DNA from: Corallochytrium limacisporum Hawaii
Taxonomy: Eukaryota; Protista; Pluriformea
Assembly (NCBI GenBank): GCA_002811645.1
Contig: PDIP01000042.1
Location: 34,736 to 98,735, forward strand
Reading direction: 5' to 3'
Length of the DNA stretch: 64,000 bases
Made by a program: the position numbers and the translations under genes. The notes below the pieces were generated by a model. It saw only the letters and a list, made by a program, of their open reading frames with translations. It ran no database searches and was not told the DNA's origin. Below, piece after piece: positions 1-11,511 of this stretch. Numbering within the stretch: the first letter of the stretch is position 1; every line of letters begins with the position of its first letter.

Positions 1-3000
1 CACGCACGTCGGGGGGCTACGCAGATCTGGCGATTCATTATATATATATATCCGTATGTTTTTATTTGTTATTAAAGTAGGTATTTATCCAAAGTTTTTG
101 ATATTCCGGATATTTAATGGTCACCCAAGCACAGTGTGGTTGGCTCCCAAGTCGGCAGGAGACGCCGAACCCCCAAAGTCGGGAGAACGAGCGGGTTTAG
201 AAAAATCGATCTTACTCCTCCGGGACTTTTTCCGCCCCCCTCCCCCGCTGTCTCCCCTAAAACTTTCTTTGCTTTTCCTTTTACTCGGTGCTTTTAAAAA
301 GCCCGGGGGAACTTTTTTTGGTTGGGTTTGTTGAAGTTTTCTTCTTTCTTTTTTCCTTCTGGGTTGGCTTGCCTTGCTGGTTGCCACCAGCTCCCGCACT
401 TCCGGGGAGACGCAATCGTCGTTTGGTTCTTCTTTCTATGGTAAACCTACCCACTAATGTCGTATCGTGCAAATCAAGTAGTAAAGAAGAATTAAGAATT
501 GAAAGGGGAAGGGAACAGGCCCCGATCTTACACACACACACACACAAAAACCCTTGCGCTCTATCTATCTCGCGTCCTTGTTCGGTTGTGTGTGTGTATC
601 TTGCATGTCACTTGCACGCCTTCTTCTCGTTTCCCTTTGGCTCATTCTTACCATTTTCATTGCGAGTTTTCGGGGAATTGATCGGCTGGGGTTGAAAGCC
701 GAAGCCGAAATCGTGCGGGTTTTGCGTAGTAGGCAGAAAAGGAAAAAGGGGCGCTTGGGCAAACATTCGAAATTGGACCCGCGCCGAGTGGTGGTAGTGG
801 CAGCAAGGCAACTCAGCAGCAGCAGCAGCAGCAGCAAGAGCAAGAGCAAGAGCAACAGGGTGATTTTGTTATCGTGTGTTGCGGCAGGGCACGGAGCAAC
901 ACAACCGGCCGTGTTTGGATTGGCCTGCCCAGGCCATCTGCGATGATAGAACGAGACAAGTACGGACGGGTTTCAAAATTGGTTACACACATCGGTGAGT
1001 CACGGCGTTAGTTTCACTGGCGGAAGGGGTTACGTTGTAAAGGTTAAGAGAGAGAGAGAGAGAGCCAAAAAGAAGGCCCCCCCCGGGGCAAGACGCCCCG
1101 GGGGAGAGAGCGGGGAGAGGAAAAGCGCGCGCGCCAGAAGAAAGAGAGGAGGGAGGGAGGATCCCCGAGAAGGAAGGAAGGAAGGAAGGAAGGAGGGAGG
1201 GGAGGGAGGGATGTAACCCGGGATAAAAAACGAAAAAAAAAAGAAACGCTCCCCTTTTTTCTTTTTGAATAAACTTTGTTGGTCTATACACACACACACT
1301 AAAAAAAGCCGACCAAAACTGAACCGGGAACACACGGAAAAGAGGGGGTGAGGGGGGGGCGCCAACGACACCAAAATTCTCATCCATTTTTTCCCGTTCC
1401 TTCAAAGCGAGCGCCAACATTCGCCGTGCTCCACGTCTTTCAGACCAATGGGGGAGAGAAGAGCAAGAGAGGGGAGACAGCCCCCCGGGGGGGGGGGACC
1501 CTTGCCATCGATAGAGAGAAGTACCGACGCCCACCCTCCATTAAAAAATGAAAATCGTGTAGAAAAGTAATGCGCGGCAATCAGACCATACGCGCGCACG
1601 CCGCGCACGCCACGCACGCCACGCACCAAGTGGAAAGGGGAAATGATGGCCGAACGCTCGGCATTCAAAGCAAGGAACAATCGCAAGAAAGCGAAATAAA
1701 AAAAGGAAAGAAAGGAATGAGAGAGAGAGGGAGGGGTCCAACACAAAACAATAAAGAACTAAAAAAAAAGCAATGAAATCTGACCCGACCACGGAACACG
1801 CGTGGTATATATCTTTTTCTTTTCTTTCTAGGTTGTTACTTTCTGTCTCTATTGTGTCTGGTGCGTCTTTGTAGTGTTTTTTTTTGCTTACAGGCGAGTA
1901 TTGTGTTCTTCCTTCTTTTTTTCCCTCTCTCTCTCTCTCTCTTTTGCGGAAAATGTCGGGTTCTTGCCTCCGCGCCACTTTTTTGTTGTGTCGGCTGTTT
2001 TTCATTGGTCCCCTTTGCGGCGTCCCAACGGTGGTTGGGTTTCTTTTTTTCGTTTAGGCCCCTTTTTTCTTTGTTCCGTCTTTGCTCTCAATACTGGCGG
2101 ATGAGAAAGTTAGGAGGCGGACGCACTACCACCACCACCAACGACGACGACGACGACGACCGACTACCGACGACGACGTTTTAAGTGTCTTGCGAAGTGG
2201 GGTTTGGTTTGTCAAAATTTGTGTATTTTGGGCTCTCTTGGGGGGAGGCAGGAGACCGGAAAAAATAAATGCTGACTTTCCTTTTCAGCAGGGAGCTGTG
2301 TGGGTGGGTTTTGGGTGGAGAGGAGAACGTAGACAGAGAGGGAGAGTGTGTGTGTGTGAAAGAGAGAGAGAGAGAGGAACAGAGACAAAGGAGAGAGGTC
2401 CACCCCCCCCCTCCGGGGCCCTGGGGAACTTTCTCGGACGTTCGTTTGGTGGTCCTGCCCCATCCCTGCCTTTTGCCCGGCTGACTGACTGACTGGCTGA
2501 CGGGTTGGTTCTCTAGCTCAGTCGGAGAGACAAAATCTCTCTCTCTCTCTCTCTCTTCTCCCTGTCTCTGTCACTGTCTCTCAGTGTGTGCCTGTGTGTG
2601 TGTGTGCCCAGTGTGTATGAAAGCGTCCCGGACGCGCGTATGTGGCTGGTTTGGACGAGGATCCGTTATTTTTTTTTGTTTTTTTTTGGCTTGGTGCATG
2701 CCCGCACGGACTCTCTCTCTCTCTCTCTCCCGAAGGAAATCCTTAGTTGGTCGTTAAATTCTTCAAGTGCTTCCACTGGCAAGATTTTCAATAGTGTATG
2801 TACTGAATTGTGTAGTAAATTGTGGTGTATTTGGTGGATGGGGACCCCATCGTTCCGGAACGATGGGCAGGCGTTCCTTTTCATCCAGCTTCCGCGCGTC
2901 TTCCTTTCCAACGCTTTTTTCTTCTTCTTCGGCCGTTATTTTTTATCTATGTTTGGCACTCCTTTCCGACTTAACGCTTCATAGATATTAATTTCTTGTG

Positions 3001-5070
3001 GCTTTTTTTTTCTTCATTTAATTTTCATTTGGGTCGCTGCAGCCTTTGGGCTCTATTTTGCACCTGGTCGGGCGCGCGCAGGGACGCGGTTTCCTTGATT
3101 TTTTATTCTTGGGTGTTGTGGCCGGTTTAGTTCTTCCCGCCCTCCCACTTTCTCCTCGCCTACCCATCCACCGTCTGTCTTCGTTTTTGCTATTTTCTCT
3201 TTCCGTTTTCTTTTTTGGCCTGACCACTGCCACTCCCCTTTTCCCTTGTTTGCTGATTTTTAATATTGGAAAGTTCTTTTCTTTCTCACTCTTCTTCGGT
3301 TTGTGTTTTTTTTCTTGTTGGTTGGATTCGATTTTTATTTCATTTCTGTGTTGGGGGAGGGGGGGAAAGACGAGACGGACAAGGGCACGCGTAGTGCCAT
3401 GACACGCCACCCCAACTCCCTTTTCTGCCGTTTCCTTTTCTCAGTCTCACCTTCGCTCTTTCTACTCGCGCGCGCGATCTCTCTCTCTCTCTCTCTGTCT
3501 GTCTGTCTCTCTGTGTACCTTCCACCGCAAACCCAGCCCTCCCTTCCCTGTCTCCCGCATCAGTTTTTTTTTGTCCTTGTCGTTTCTCTTTTTGGCCTTC
3601 GTCTTAACGTAGCGTGTGCTGGCTTGCAGCGGCTCCTTTGCTTCCTGTGCCTTGGTGGTACATTCACTACTGATAGATGGTGGTCCAGGAGATTTTTTCC
3701 CTTTTTTTTTGGGTGTTGGGGAAGCGGTAAGGACGGGCGGCGTGCTTCCCCCCCCCCCAAAAAAATGGGGGAGNNNNNNNNNNNNNNNNNNNNNNNNNNN
3801 NNNNNNNCAAAAAAATGGGGGGGGGGGGGGGGTGTTAGATGGCCAGAAGGAGAGAAGGGGGACCGAACGGCGCGGAGTTGGAGGGGGGGTTCGTGTTCCT
3901 TTTCCATCGCAGAGTCATCAAAAAATCATACTAATTCACTATACCTAATCCAAAAATGGCCTCACGAGAGTGTTGAGGCATACACACACACACACGCTCT
4001 CATGGACTTTTGGTACGCTCGGATTAGCAGGGTTGGCCGAGGAAAGCACGATGTTCCAGCACGGGACTTACTCATTCTCTCTCTCACTACCAGCAGCGCA
4101 GCAGGAAGAAAAAGAATAAAAAGAGGGGGGGTTGGGTTTAGAGGGAGAGAGAGAGAGATAGAAAAAGGGGGAAGACGGGACCAGCTGGATGCTCCGAAGC
4201 AAAAGAAAAAAAGAAAAAGCAGTTGAATCAGCCTTCGTTCGGTTGCATTTTCTATATTAAATGTGTGATGTTTCGGGAAGCCAAAATTAAAGGAAAAGCA
4301 AAAAAGGTGTGCTCGCCGTGACGCGGGCAGGAGGGGGAGGGGGGAGAAAGCCCCGGAAGCGTTGAGAGCAAAAGAGCGCGCAGTGCGGGGATTGTCAGGC
4401 AAAGGCCTTCTCTCTCTCTCTCAAACTCTCAAACTCTCGCTCTCTCTCTCTCTCTGTCTGTGTGGCTCTCTCTCGCTCCTTCTCGTCCTTCTCGTCCTCT
4501 CCGCGCGTCGAAATGTCGGGCGTGTGTGTGTGTGTGCGAGTGTGTAAGTACCGGGTGGCTCTGCGCCCCTTTCTCTTTTGTGTTCTCTAATTCTCCCTTT
4601 CTCCTGGTTATTATGTAATTTGGCTGGGCAATTTTTCATCGATTTTCATCTCTGGAGAGAGAGAGGCAGAGGGGGAGGGGGAGAGGGAGGCGCTCTTCTG
4701 CGCCATTTTTTTTCCATTTTGCTTTAATACTTTCCAGGGGTTGGTTGGTGGTGGTCCCTGCGCTTCCCTTTCCTTTCCCCTTTACTTTCTCCCACTTTTT
4801 TTCCGTGCTTTTGCTTTTCTCACTACTCCCCCCCCCCTCCCGCCGTCCCCTTCTCCTCGTCCTCCTTGCCTCCTCCACCTCCCGGGGCTCCGGGGTCCTT
4901 CCTCCCCTTCTCTGGGCGAATGACCTTTTGGGCTTGCGTTGCACACAATTCGCACACACACACACGCACACACACACACACAGACAGACAGACAGAGAGA
5001 CAGAAGTTGCCCTTCGAACGTGAGTGTGTGTGGTGTGCGTTCAATTTTGTTCTTTTTTATCTTTTGCTTT
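1..5070. repeat. Low-complexity, microsatellite-rich non-coding region: (GA)n/(CT)n, (CA)n/(TG)n, (CAG)n, (GAC)n, (GGAA)n and A/T/G/C homopolymers
   Basis: Dense simple repeats, e.g. (CA)n 531-546, (CAG)n/(CAAGAG)n 814-853, (GA)n 1048-1063, (ACG)n 2141-2178, (CT)n ~2536-2555. All ORFs here are low-complexity repeat translations. Confidence 0.9.
3774..3807. other. Assembly gap (N run)
   Basis: 34 Ns. CAAAAAAATGGGGG occurs on both sides next to poly-C/poly-G runs, suggesting an unresolved overlap. Confidence 0.95.
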
Positions 5071-5709
5071 GGGTTTCATAGGTTTTGTGAACCTTTTGGG
5101 AATAGTACCGTTGTTCGTCCAGCGTCCTTCATTCGGAACACGGAATTGACCAAAGAAAGTGTGACATGGAATCTTCAGCCACTAACGTTTTCGCGAAAAG
5201 GTACGTCAGGGGCGTCTGCATCGAATGATTTACATCCTACGGACGCCCATTAGTATTAACACTGGGTAACAGTGGAGGAACACTGGTTATAATTTTGTGC
5301 CGGTGCCAAAGTGTATTTAGGATATTCAGCACTAAGAACGTACAGAGTTAGTGAAGAGTGACGGATACGAAGGATCACGCGTTTCAGGTCAGCAGCAAGT
5401 GTGAACTAATTCAAATTCTTAACACAACAAAAAAAACCCAAATTGGTGACACGCTCACTGATTGACTAATCTTGCGAGTAATTTGGCCTTTTGCGATAGC
5501 CATGAAGAATTTTACTGGACGTTGGACGAAGTAACACAAGGAAACGAACGACCTCGGGAAACAAAATAACCACACACGTATTTTGGCCTGAGCACCAGTA
5601 AGTAATCACACAAGGCAAATTTTCAGAAACTCTCAAAAGCAATTGTACACTGGGGAAATAGCGGTAAATTGCGAAAGAAATCCTTGCACTATCTAAAGAG
5701 CAAACAAAA

Positions 5710-7140
5710 ATGGTGAAGAAGGACCATCGGGACCCCATTGACCAGGCCGCGTTCAACTTGCCTGAGTTCAATGCGAACATGAAGGCGTTCGCGCCCCAAC
5801 GCCCGAGTGCAGTTGATAATTCACTATTCAATGATTCGTACAGTCTGGCCGCCAGAGGCAGCATGCCCAACCTCGGAGGTGGTCTTGGCAATTTCTCCAG
5901 CGAATTTAATGTCCGTGGACATTCGGTGCAGTACAACACGGGCGACTTCGATTTTAAGGCGTTTGCAGAGCAGGCTCCGGCCGGTGCCGGGCCGGCGTCA
6001 GGCAATGCCAACAACGGTGGTGACTTTATGGACACCCGGGAACTGACAGACATTTGCAACCCAATCAGTGACTCGGAGTCGGCGTTCGTGGCTGACGACC
6101 TCGAGGCAAAGGAAGCCAAACGGGCTGCCCACATTGAGGCAGAAAAGAAGCGTAGGAACAAGATTAAGAACGGGTTTGATGATCTCAAGGCGATCATTCC
6201 GCAGGTCAAACGTGTGGCCAACAAGCGCTTCAGTAAGGCCGCCCTGCTGAACACCGCCATCGAATTCATTCAGTCACTACTCAGTCAACGGCAGCAGCTG
6301 CGTGACGAGTTTATGCGTCTGAGCTACGAAGTGAAGTCACTCAAAGCCGTTATCGACGAATATCATATGATGGTGCAGGCGGAAAGTGACGAGGAAAAGG
6401 ACATTATTTACAAGAAGCTCATGGAACGCGACGAGTTCCGCAACAAGGTGCCCCCAGACACGCTCGAAGGTGCGAAATTCTATATTTTCTGTCAGATTGT
6501 AGAAATGCTTTTCGAATCCTTCTACACTGTGGTCAGTCTGGACTCTCCGGATGCCCTGAGTACGTCGCTGCTCGCTTGGGCCAGAGATTACTGCCGCAGC
6601 GATTTGATCCAAAATGTAGTGCTGGGCACCATGGGTCGCGTAATTGGACTTGTCGCGCCCGAATACCAGACTGAGGTCGGTAAATGGCTGACGAACTTTG
6701 AGGAAGTTAGCCGAGAGATGAAGGTGGAGCACGAACAGTCGCAGAACCACCTTTTGGGAGCGCCAAATGCTCCTTCGGAACACACGGGCAGACACGCAAC
6801 AGGTTCAAACAGAAACAACAGCAAGGTATCATTATCAACAGCACCATCAACATCCTTTACAGAACACAACAAGGCGTCCGCAGGAGCATCGTCAACGACT
6901 TCAAAACAGAATAAGAGTTCGTCAGCGTCGGCATCGTCATCAGACCCTGCTTCAGCTGCGGCGGCGGCGGCGGCGGCGGCAGCCGCTGCTGCTGCTGCTG
7001 CTGCTGCTGCTGCCGCTGCCGCCGCTGCCGCCGCGGGTGGACCGAACGAATCCGCGAGTCAGGGATCGGCGCACTCTGCAACTGACTACGGTCGGCGAGA
7101 GGTCGCTGTCGGTGGACACCAGGTGCGGGGACGGAAATGA
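5710..7140 (+). CDS. MLX: Mlx/Mondo-family bHLH-leucine zipper transcription factor
   Basis: 476 aa. Basic region RAAHIEAEKKRRNKIKNGFDDLKAIIP, helix 2 FSKAALLNTAIEFIQSL, zipper, then the Mlx-type DCD segment KFYIFCQIVEMLFESFYTVVSLDS...LLAWARDYC. Start context caaaaATGg. Confidence 0.9.
   Translation: MVKKDHRDPIDQAAFNLPEFNANMKAFAPQRPSAVDNSLFNDSYSLAARGSMPNLGGGLGNFSSEFNVRGHSVQYNTGDFDFKAFAEQAPAGAGPASGNANNGGDFMDTRELTDICNPISDSESAFVADDLEAKEAKRAAHIEAEKKRRNKIKNGFDDLKAIIPQVKRVANKRFSKAALLNTAIEFIQSLLSQRQQLRDEFMRLSYEVKSLKAVIDEYHMMVQAESDEEKDIIYKKLMERDEFRNKVPPDTLEGAKFYIFCQIVEMLFESFYTVVSLDSPDALSTSLLAWARDYCRSDLIQNVVLGTMGRVIGLVAPEYQTEVGKWLTNFEEVSREMKVEHEQSQNHLLGAPNAPSEHTGRHATGSNRNNSKVSLSTAPSTSFTEHNKASAGASSTTSKQNKSSSASASSSDPASAAAAAAAAAAAAAAAAAAAAAAAAAAAGGPNESASQGSAHSATDYGRREVAVGGHQVRGRK
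6955..7035 (+). repeat. Coding GCN repeat, 27 consecutive alanines in Mlx
   Basis: Blocks of GCG, GCT and GCC codons in the Mlx frame. Confidence 0.95.
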
Positions 7141-7533
7141 GGCAGTCGTAAGCTGGATTCCAAAAACTTCATCAAAGGGTATCACACCGTCCCAAATAAC
7201 CTCAACTTTAATTCACTATCGAGACCGTCGTCTTAATTTTCACTGCTACACATTTTATCAATATATGGTGATGCATAGCAATCGGTCCTCGCTGTTGAGA
7301 CAGTTTAAGTTTTCGCCTGCACTTGGCATTTTTCGTGTGCCATTTCGTTCTGGTCACTACTTGGAAAGGCAGTTTTCTAATTCACCAAACGGTGGAGGCT
7401 GTTTGCACATGAGATCGACTTTCTTACACAGTTTATCGTTAACGGAAGAGAACCGTACAAATGCAAAAAAAAAAAATGAGTTCTTTAACAGGGCCATGTC
7501 ACTTGAGTTTCGTTTTCTACTGACGAAGAAGTC

Positions 7534-7833
7534 CTATGACTCCACCAACTGCAGTGGTTGAATCAAGGAGATAGTATCGCCCTTGAGCATGATGCGTCCA
7601 ATGTCGATACGTTCGCCCACGCTGATTCCTTTCGATCCCTTCAGGTGCACTTCCGTGGCTTGTTCCATAACCAGGTTCATGTACTCATCAAACCCCACAA
7701 TGACGCCCTCGATGCGCAGGCCTGCATCCTCGTACAGCCACACTGAGACTCGCTGTTTGTTCTGCAAGAACCGAAAGACAAGGTTAATTGGTGGCACAAT
7801 GACCTTCTGTTGCTGTCTTCCTTTCCCACTCAT
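7534..7833 (-). CDS. SNRPE: Small nuclear ribonucleoprotein E (SmE)
   Basis: 99 aa. QKVIVPPINLVFRFLQNKQRVSVWLYE...IEGVIVGFDEYMNLV (Sm1) and IGRIMLKGDTISLI (Sm2). Confidence 0.97.
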   Translation of the reverse strand: MSGKGRQQQKVIVPPINLVFRFLQNKQRVSVWLYEDAGLRIEGVIVGFDEYMNLVMEQATEVHLKGSKGISVGERIDIGRIMLKGDTISLIQPLQLVES

Positions 7834-8587
7834 GGCTCTGACTACGGTTTTGTTGTTTGCGTTTTATCTATGGTATGTGGACAATTCCCAATGCAGAAGC
7901 AAATCACTGGTCACATGGCATATGGCAGTTCACGAAGTTTTCTATGGAATCCATGCAAGCCACCCATTACGATTCAAATTCCGGTAGGATCTCCAAACTC
8001 CCTGTAGCGGTAGTTCAGTAAAGGTTAAATGTGGACCGGGCTTTTCATCTGAAATACTACAATTTAACCCGTGCGCCCCATGGTGGGCGACGTGCGCGCC
8101 CAACATCCACGGCACGGGCTTCGGTGCCGGCGGCTCAGTCCCAGTGCTCCTCTCCCCCGCCCCCAGGCGGGAAAACCTGAAAAAGAAACAAGAATGAAAG
8201 GCGGCTATGGGAGAGGCTGAGGCCGGCTCGAGCGCCCGGAGGGCCCCCCGGAGCCGCAAGGAGTCCGTTACGATCATTCCAATGTTGGCAGCGAAAATGG
8301 TTTGCTTTCATTTGTATCCTCTTCTATGTCTCGTTGCTCCGAAGCAGCCGTCTCCTTATCGTACTTAACGATTCCCTAGAACCCATGATCCACAAAGTGC
8401 TTGAGGTCAATCTTCCATAGAGCACGAGGCCGACCGCGCCGTTAAAGAAAGCAAACAACAGGGGGAAATGCACTATGATTGCATTTCAAACGGGAAGAAG
8501 CCTGAAATCATAAGCACCATGTAGAGGTACCGGTGTGAAAGTGCAAATCTTTTCGTCCGATAAAAGAAAGCGACAGACAGAGAAACC

Positions 8588-11041
8588 ATGAGCGCTGCCG
8601 AAGCAGCGGCGGGATCGATGCAGAGCGTCGCAGATCTCAACGACTTGCAAAGTGCGCTCGACGATGCGATTGCTGATGTCACCGATCGGCAAAAGAAGGG
8701 TGATGAAGGCCGCAAGGCTTTGGTTGGTCTTTTCAAAAGATTCCGGGCAGAAACACCTGACGAAGAGCGTAAAAAGGTCGGACCGTTGATCCGTGCCTTC
8801 CAGACCGAGACAGACAGTCTTACACGCCGGTGTAGGGTAGCAGAGGCAATGATTGTTGACATTTACGACGCCATTCTGCGTGTGAATGACGGGAAGGTAG
8901 GACAGTCAGTGCTGGGCAAGGACGAATCACCACAGCATAAGAGCAATGAAGATCCAATGGCGAAGACTGTTGTGCTCAGCGCCGAAGACCATGCTGCGCT
9001 ACAGACCCAGATTGATACCGCGACCAAAGGCCTGGCCGAGGCTAGGCGGCAATTAGGAGAGGTTACGGCCGATAGAGACAAAGCTAAGGGTGCACTCGCC
9101 CAGTTCAAGGCCGAAGTCGCAGAGATCCGGAACCAGGACGGCGTGATCCAGCGACTACAACGTGAGCTCGCTGCAGAACGTCAGGTGACCCAAAACCGCA
9201 GCAAAGAGATTGAAGCAGAGAAAACCCGGGACCTTCAAACTGCACTGGAGGACTATAATCAGTCAACTGCGGCAACCCTGGATGAACTGAGGGCGCAGCT
9301 CAGGGCGGAGGAGGCCAGGTCAAGGCAGTTGCAGGACCAATTGGATGCGATCCGAGGCGGCGGAATCGGGGCAGCGGTCATTGATGGATCCGCCGCGGAA
9401 ATTGGAAATGGATCTGATCTGAAGGACGCTGTCGGTGTTACGGTGGACGTGCGCGTTACCCAGGCCTTGCAGGAACAGATCAAGGCGTGCCAAGCTGAGA
9501 TCAACGATCTCAATGCCGAACTCGATTCCGTCACAAGGGAGCGGGAAAGCTTACGATTAGAGAATGAATCCCTAACCGCGGACCTCGATGCGGCCAAGGT
9601 GGGCAGTGCACCGGGAACGGTCAGTGCTGGTGGGGCATTCGGCTCCGTAGCTGGCGGATATGATGCTGGAGCGGAGATGGACGAGCTCGCGGCATCTCTT
9701 GGGGAAGAATTGGCTTCGGTCCGGCGCCAGTGCGAGGATCTTTCAGCGGAACTCTCAGTCACTCGCAGCCAGCGGGATGCTCTGCAAACCGAGGCCACAA
9801 CCGCGGCAAAGGCGCTGGAATCCGACCGCCAGCGCCACGCACGCGAGCAAGATCTCTGGTCACGAACAGAAGCCGATCTCCGTACCGCGATCGCGAATAG
9901 AGACAACCGGTTGCGACAGGTAGCTGACTACGATACCCTTCGGGAGGAGCTCCACGCGCTGAAGATTGTGGAATTTGGGGACGACTATGAACGGCTAAAG
10001 GGTCATGATGGGGCCTTTCCAGATGGTCAAAACCGGGATGACAGCACGAATCCGGAGCAGTCACCTACACTAAACACGCTACTCGTGACCAAGAACCGAA
10101 AACTTGAGTCATCTCTGGTCGCTCTACGGCAGGAGGTCGATACACTCCGAGGAGGAAATGCCGAGCTCACGCAGAGCTTGATGCTAGCGCGTGAAGCGGA
10201 GCGCAAAAGCCGCACGACTGTGGAGACCTTGGAGCAAGATATTGAGCGGCTAAGGTCTGCGGGCATGCCACCGTCGATTGGGCAACAGTCACCGACTGCA
10301 CCCATCGACCCGGGTAGAGGTGCAGCCAGCGACCCGCTGACTCAGCATCTGCAGTCGTCATTGACATCATCGTCCGCTCCCACAGAGCAGCATGGTCGTA
10401 CCATGGTGACCGACGGGCATATCCCCAACGACGGACAGCAACAGCAATCCCAACAGTCCCAACCGCAGACAGACATGAACGACCAACAGTCCATGGTAGG
10501 CATCCTGAAGGGCCAGCGCGATCGCCTGCGGGAAGCCAACGAAGAGCTGGTTGCAAGAAACCAAAAGATCGAGCAGCAACTTCGCGCGGCGCAGCAGCAG
10601 GTCAAGGACTTGGATAGAGACAATCTGCAGCTCTACGAACGTACAAGGTTTCTGGAAAGCTACAAAGGTGGGAATGAAGGACAGGGACAAGCATCACGTG
10701 GATCTGTGTCGGTCAAAGTCGACAATGACCGGTACGAACAGACCTACCGCCAAACTCTTGATCCGTTCAAGGAATTCAAGAGGCAGGAAAGGCAGCGCCA
10801 ATTCGACCGCCTCAATGCCATTGATAAGGCCATCTTGCTTGGAGGACAGACGATTGTGAGCACCAAGACAACCCGCACAGTATTTTTCACCTACACTGTA
10901 GTGTTGCATGCTCTCGTATTCTTTACCATTATGCGCCTGTCTGCAACTGCACCGGACACGGGGATTGGTGGCGAACAATGTGCCCAGTATCTGGCCCAAC
11001 ACATGAGTGAGGTGCACGGTGCTGCCGGTGATGGAAATTGA
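8588..11041 (+). CDS. CASP: CASP/COY1 golgin (CUX1 alternatively spliced product family), tail-anchored
   Basis: 817 aa. N-terminal DLQSALD...GRKALVGLFKRFR...LIRAFQTETDSLTRR, long coiled coil, CASP_C motifs (QRDRLR, DNLQLYERTRFLESY, LDPFKEF) and TM FFTYTVVLHALVF with the conserved Tyr/His. Confidence 0.93.
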   Translation: MSAAEAAAGSMQSVADLNDLQSALDDAIADVTDRQKKGDEGRKALVGLFKRFRAETPDEERKKVGPLIRAFQTETDSLTRRCRVAEAMIVDIYDAILRVNDGKVGQSVLGKDESPQHKSNEDPMAKTVVLSAEDHAALQTQIDTATKGLAEARRQLGEVTADRDKAKGALAQFKAEVAEIRNQDGVIQRLQRELAAERQVTQNRSKEIEAEKTRDLQTALEDYNQSTAATLDELRAQLRAEEARSRQLQDQLDAIRGGGIGAAVIDGSAAEIGNGSDLKDAVGVTVDVRVTQALQEQIKACQAEINDLNAELDSVTRERESLRLENESLTADLDAAKVGSAPGTVSAGGAFGSVAGGYDAGAEMDELAASLGEELASVRRQCEDLSAELSVTRSQRDALQTEATTAAKALESDRQRHAREQDLWSRTEADLRTAIANRDNRLRQVADYDTLREELHALKIVEFGDDYERLKGHDGAFPDGQNRDDSTNPEQSPTLNTLLVTKNRKLESSLVALRQEVDTLRGGNAELTQSLMLAREAERKSRTTVETLEQDIERLRSAGMPPSIGQQSPTAPIDPGRGAASDPLTQHLQSSLTSSSAPTEQHGRTMVTDGHIPNDGQQQQSQQSQPQTDMNDQQSMVGILKGQRDRLREANEELVARNQKIEQQLRAAQQQVKDLDRDNLQLYERTRFLESYKGGNEGQGQASRGSVSVKVDNDRYEQTYRQTLDPFKEFKRQERQRQFDRLNAIDKAILLGGQTIVSTKTTRTVFFTYTVVLHALVFFTIMRLSATAPDTGIGGEQCAQYLAQHMSEVHGAAGDGN

Positions 11042-11511
11042 TGTCAAATAGAAACAAATCATGTACATGCTCTTCGCATCACTTGCACTGGTGATGCCCT
11101 CAGCCGCTTGACCAATATGTCATAGTTGGTCCTGTAAGCCTCCTTCTGGTCAACAGCTCCGGGAAGGCGGGTCCGTCGCAGCGACCCGTCGAGTTCGTCC
11201 AGGTTAGGCCGCCCTCCCCCACCCCCGCGGGGGTAGCCCGGAAAAGTTCGGTTGGGCGACCGCGAAGGAAAAAAAGGAAACGAAACAATTCCCCGTCCGT
11301 ATGCGCACGTTGCGTGGTCCCCGGGCCTGTCTGCCCGCAGCGAGTGACCAGAGAAAAATCTCAAGACAGGTGCCCATGACGCGACGGCGAACTTTGAGTA
11401 GGGGTGGTAATCAAACAACTCCACCACTTCTAGCGGACAGCCGAATCTTTGTTACTTCGCAAACGGCTCCAGAAAGTCCAAGAGCAATATGATGACACTC
11501 TTACAACGTAT

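Noticed and set aside
56-5253. Numerous 60-300 aa ORFs in the first 5 kb
   Set aside because: Translations of microsatellites and homopolymers (LSLSL, THTHT, ERERE) with no recognisable domains; most have non-ATG starts.
1790-5390. CACGCG E-box-like sites as an Mlx autoregulatory ChoRE
   Set aside because: None has a second E-box at the required 5-nt spacing.
7141-7236. 31 in-frame codons after the Mlx TGA (possible readthrough or selenocysteine)
   Set aside because: No readthrough context (TGA-CTA) and no SECIS seen; the length is compatible with chance.
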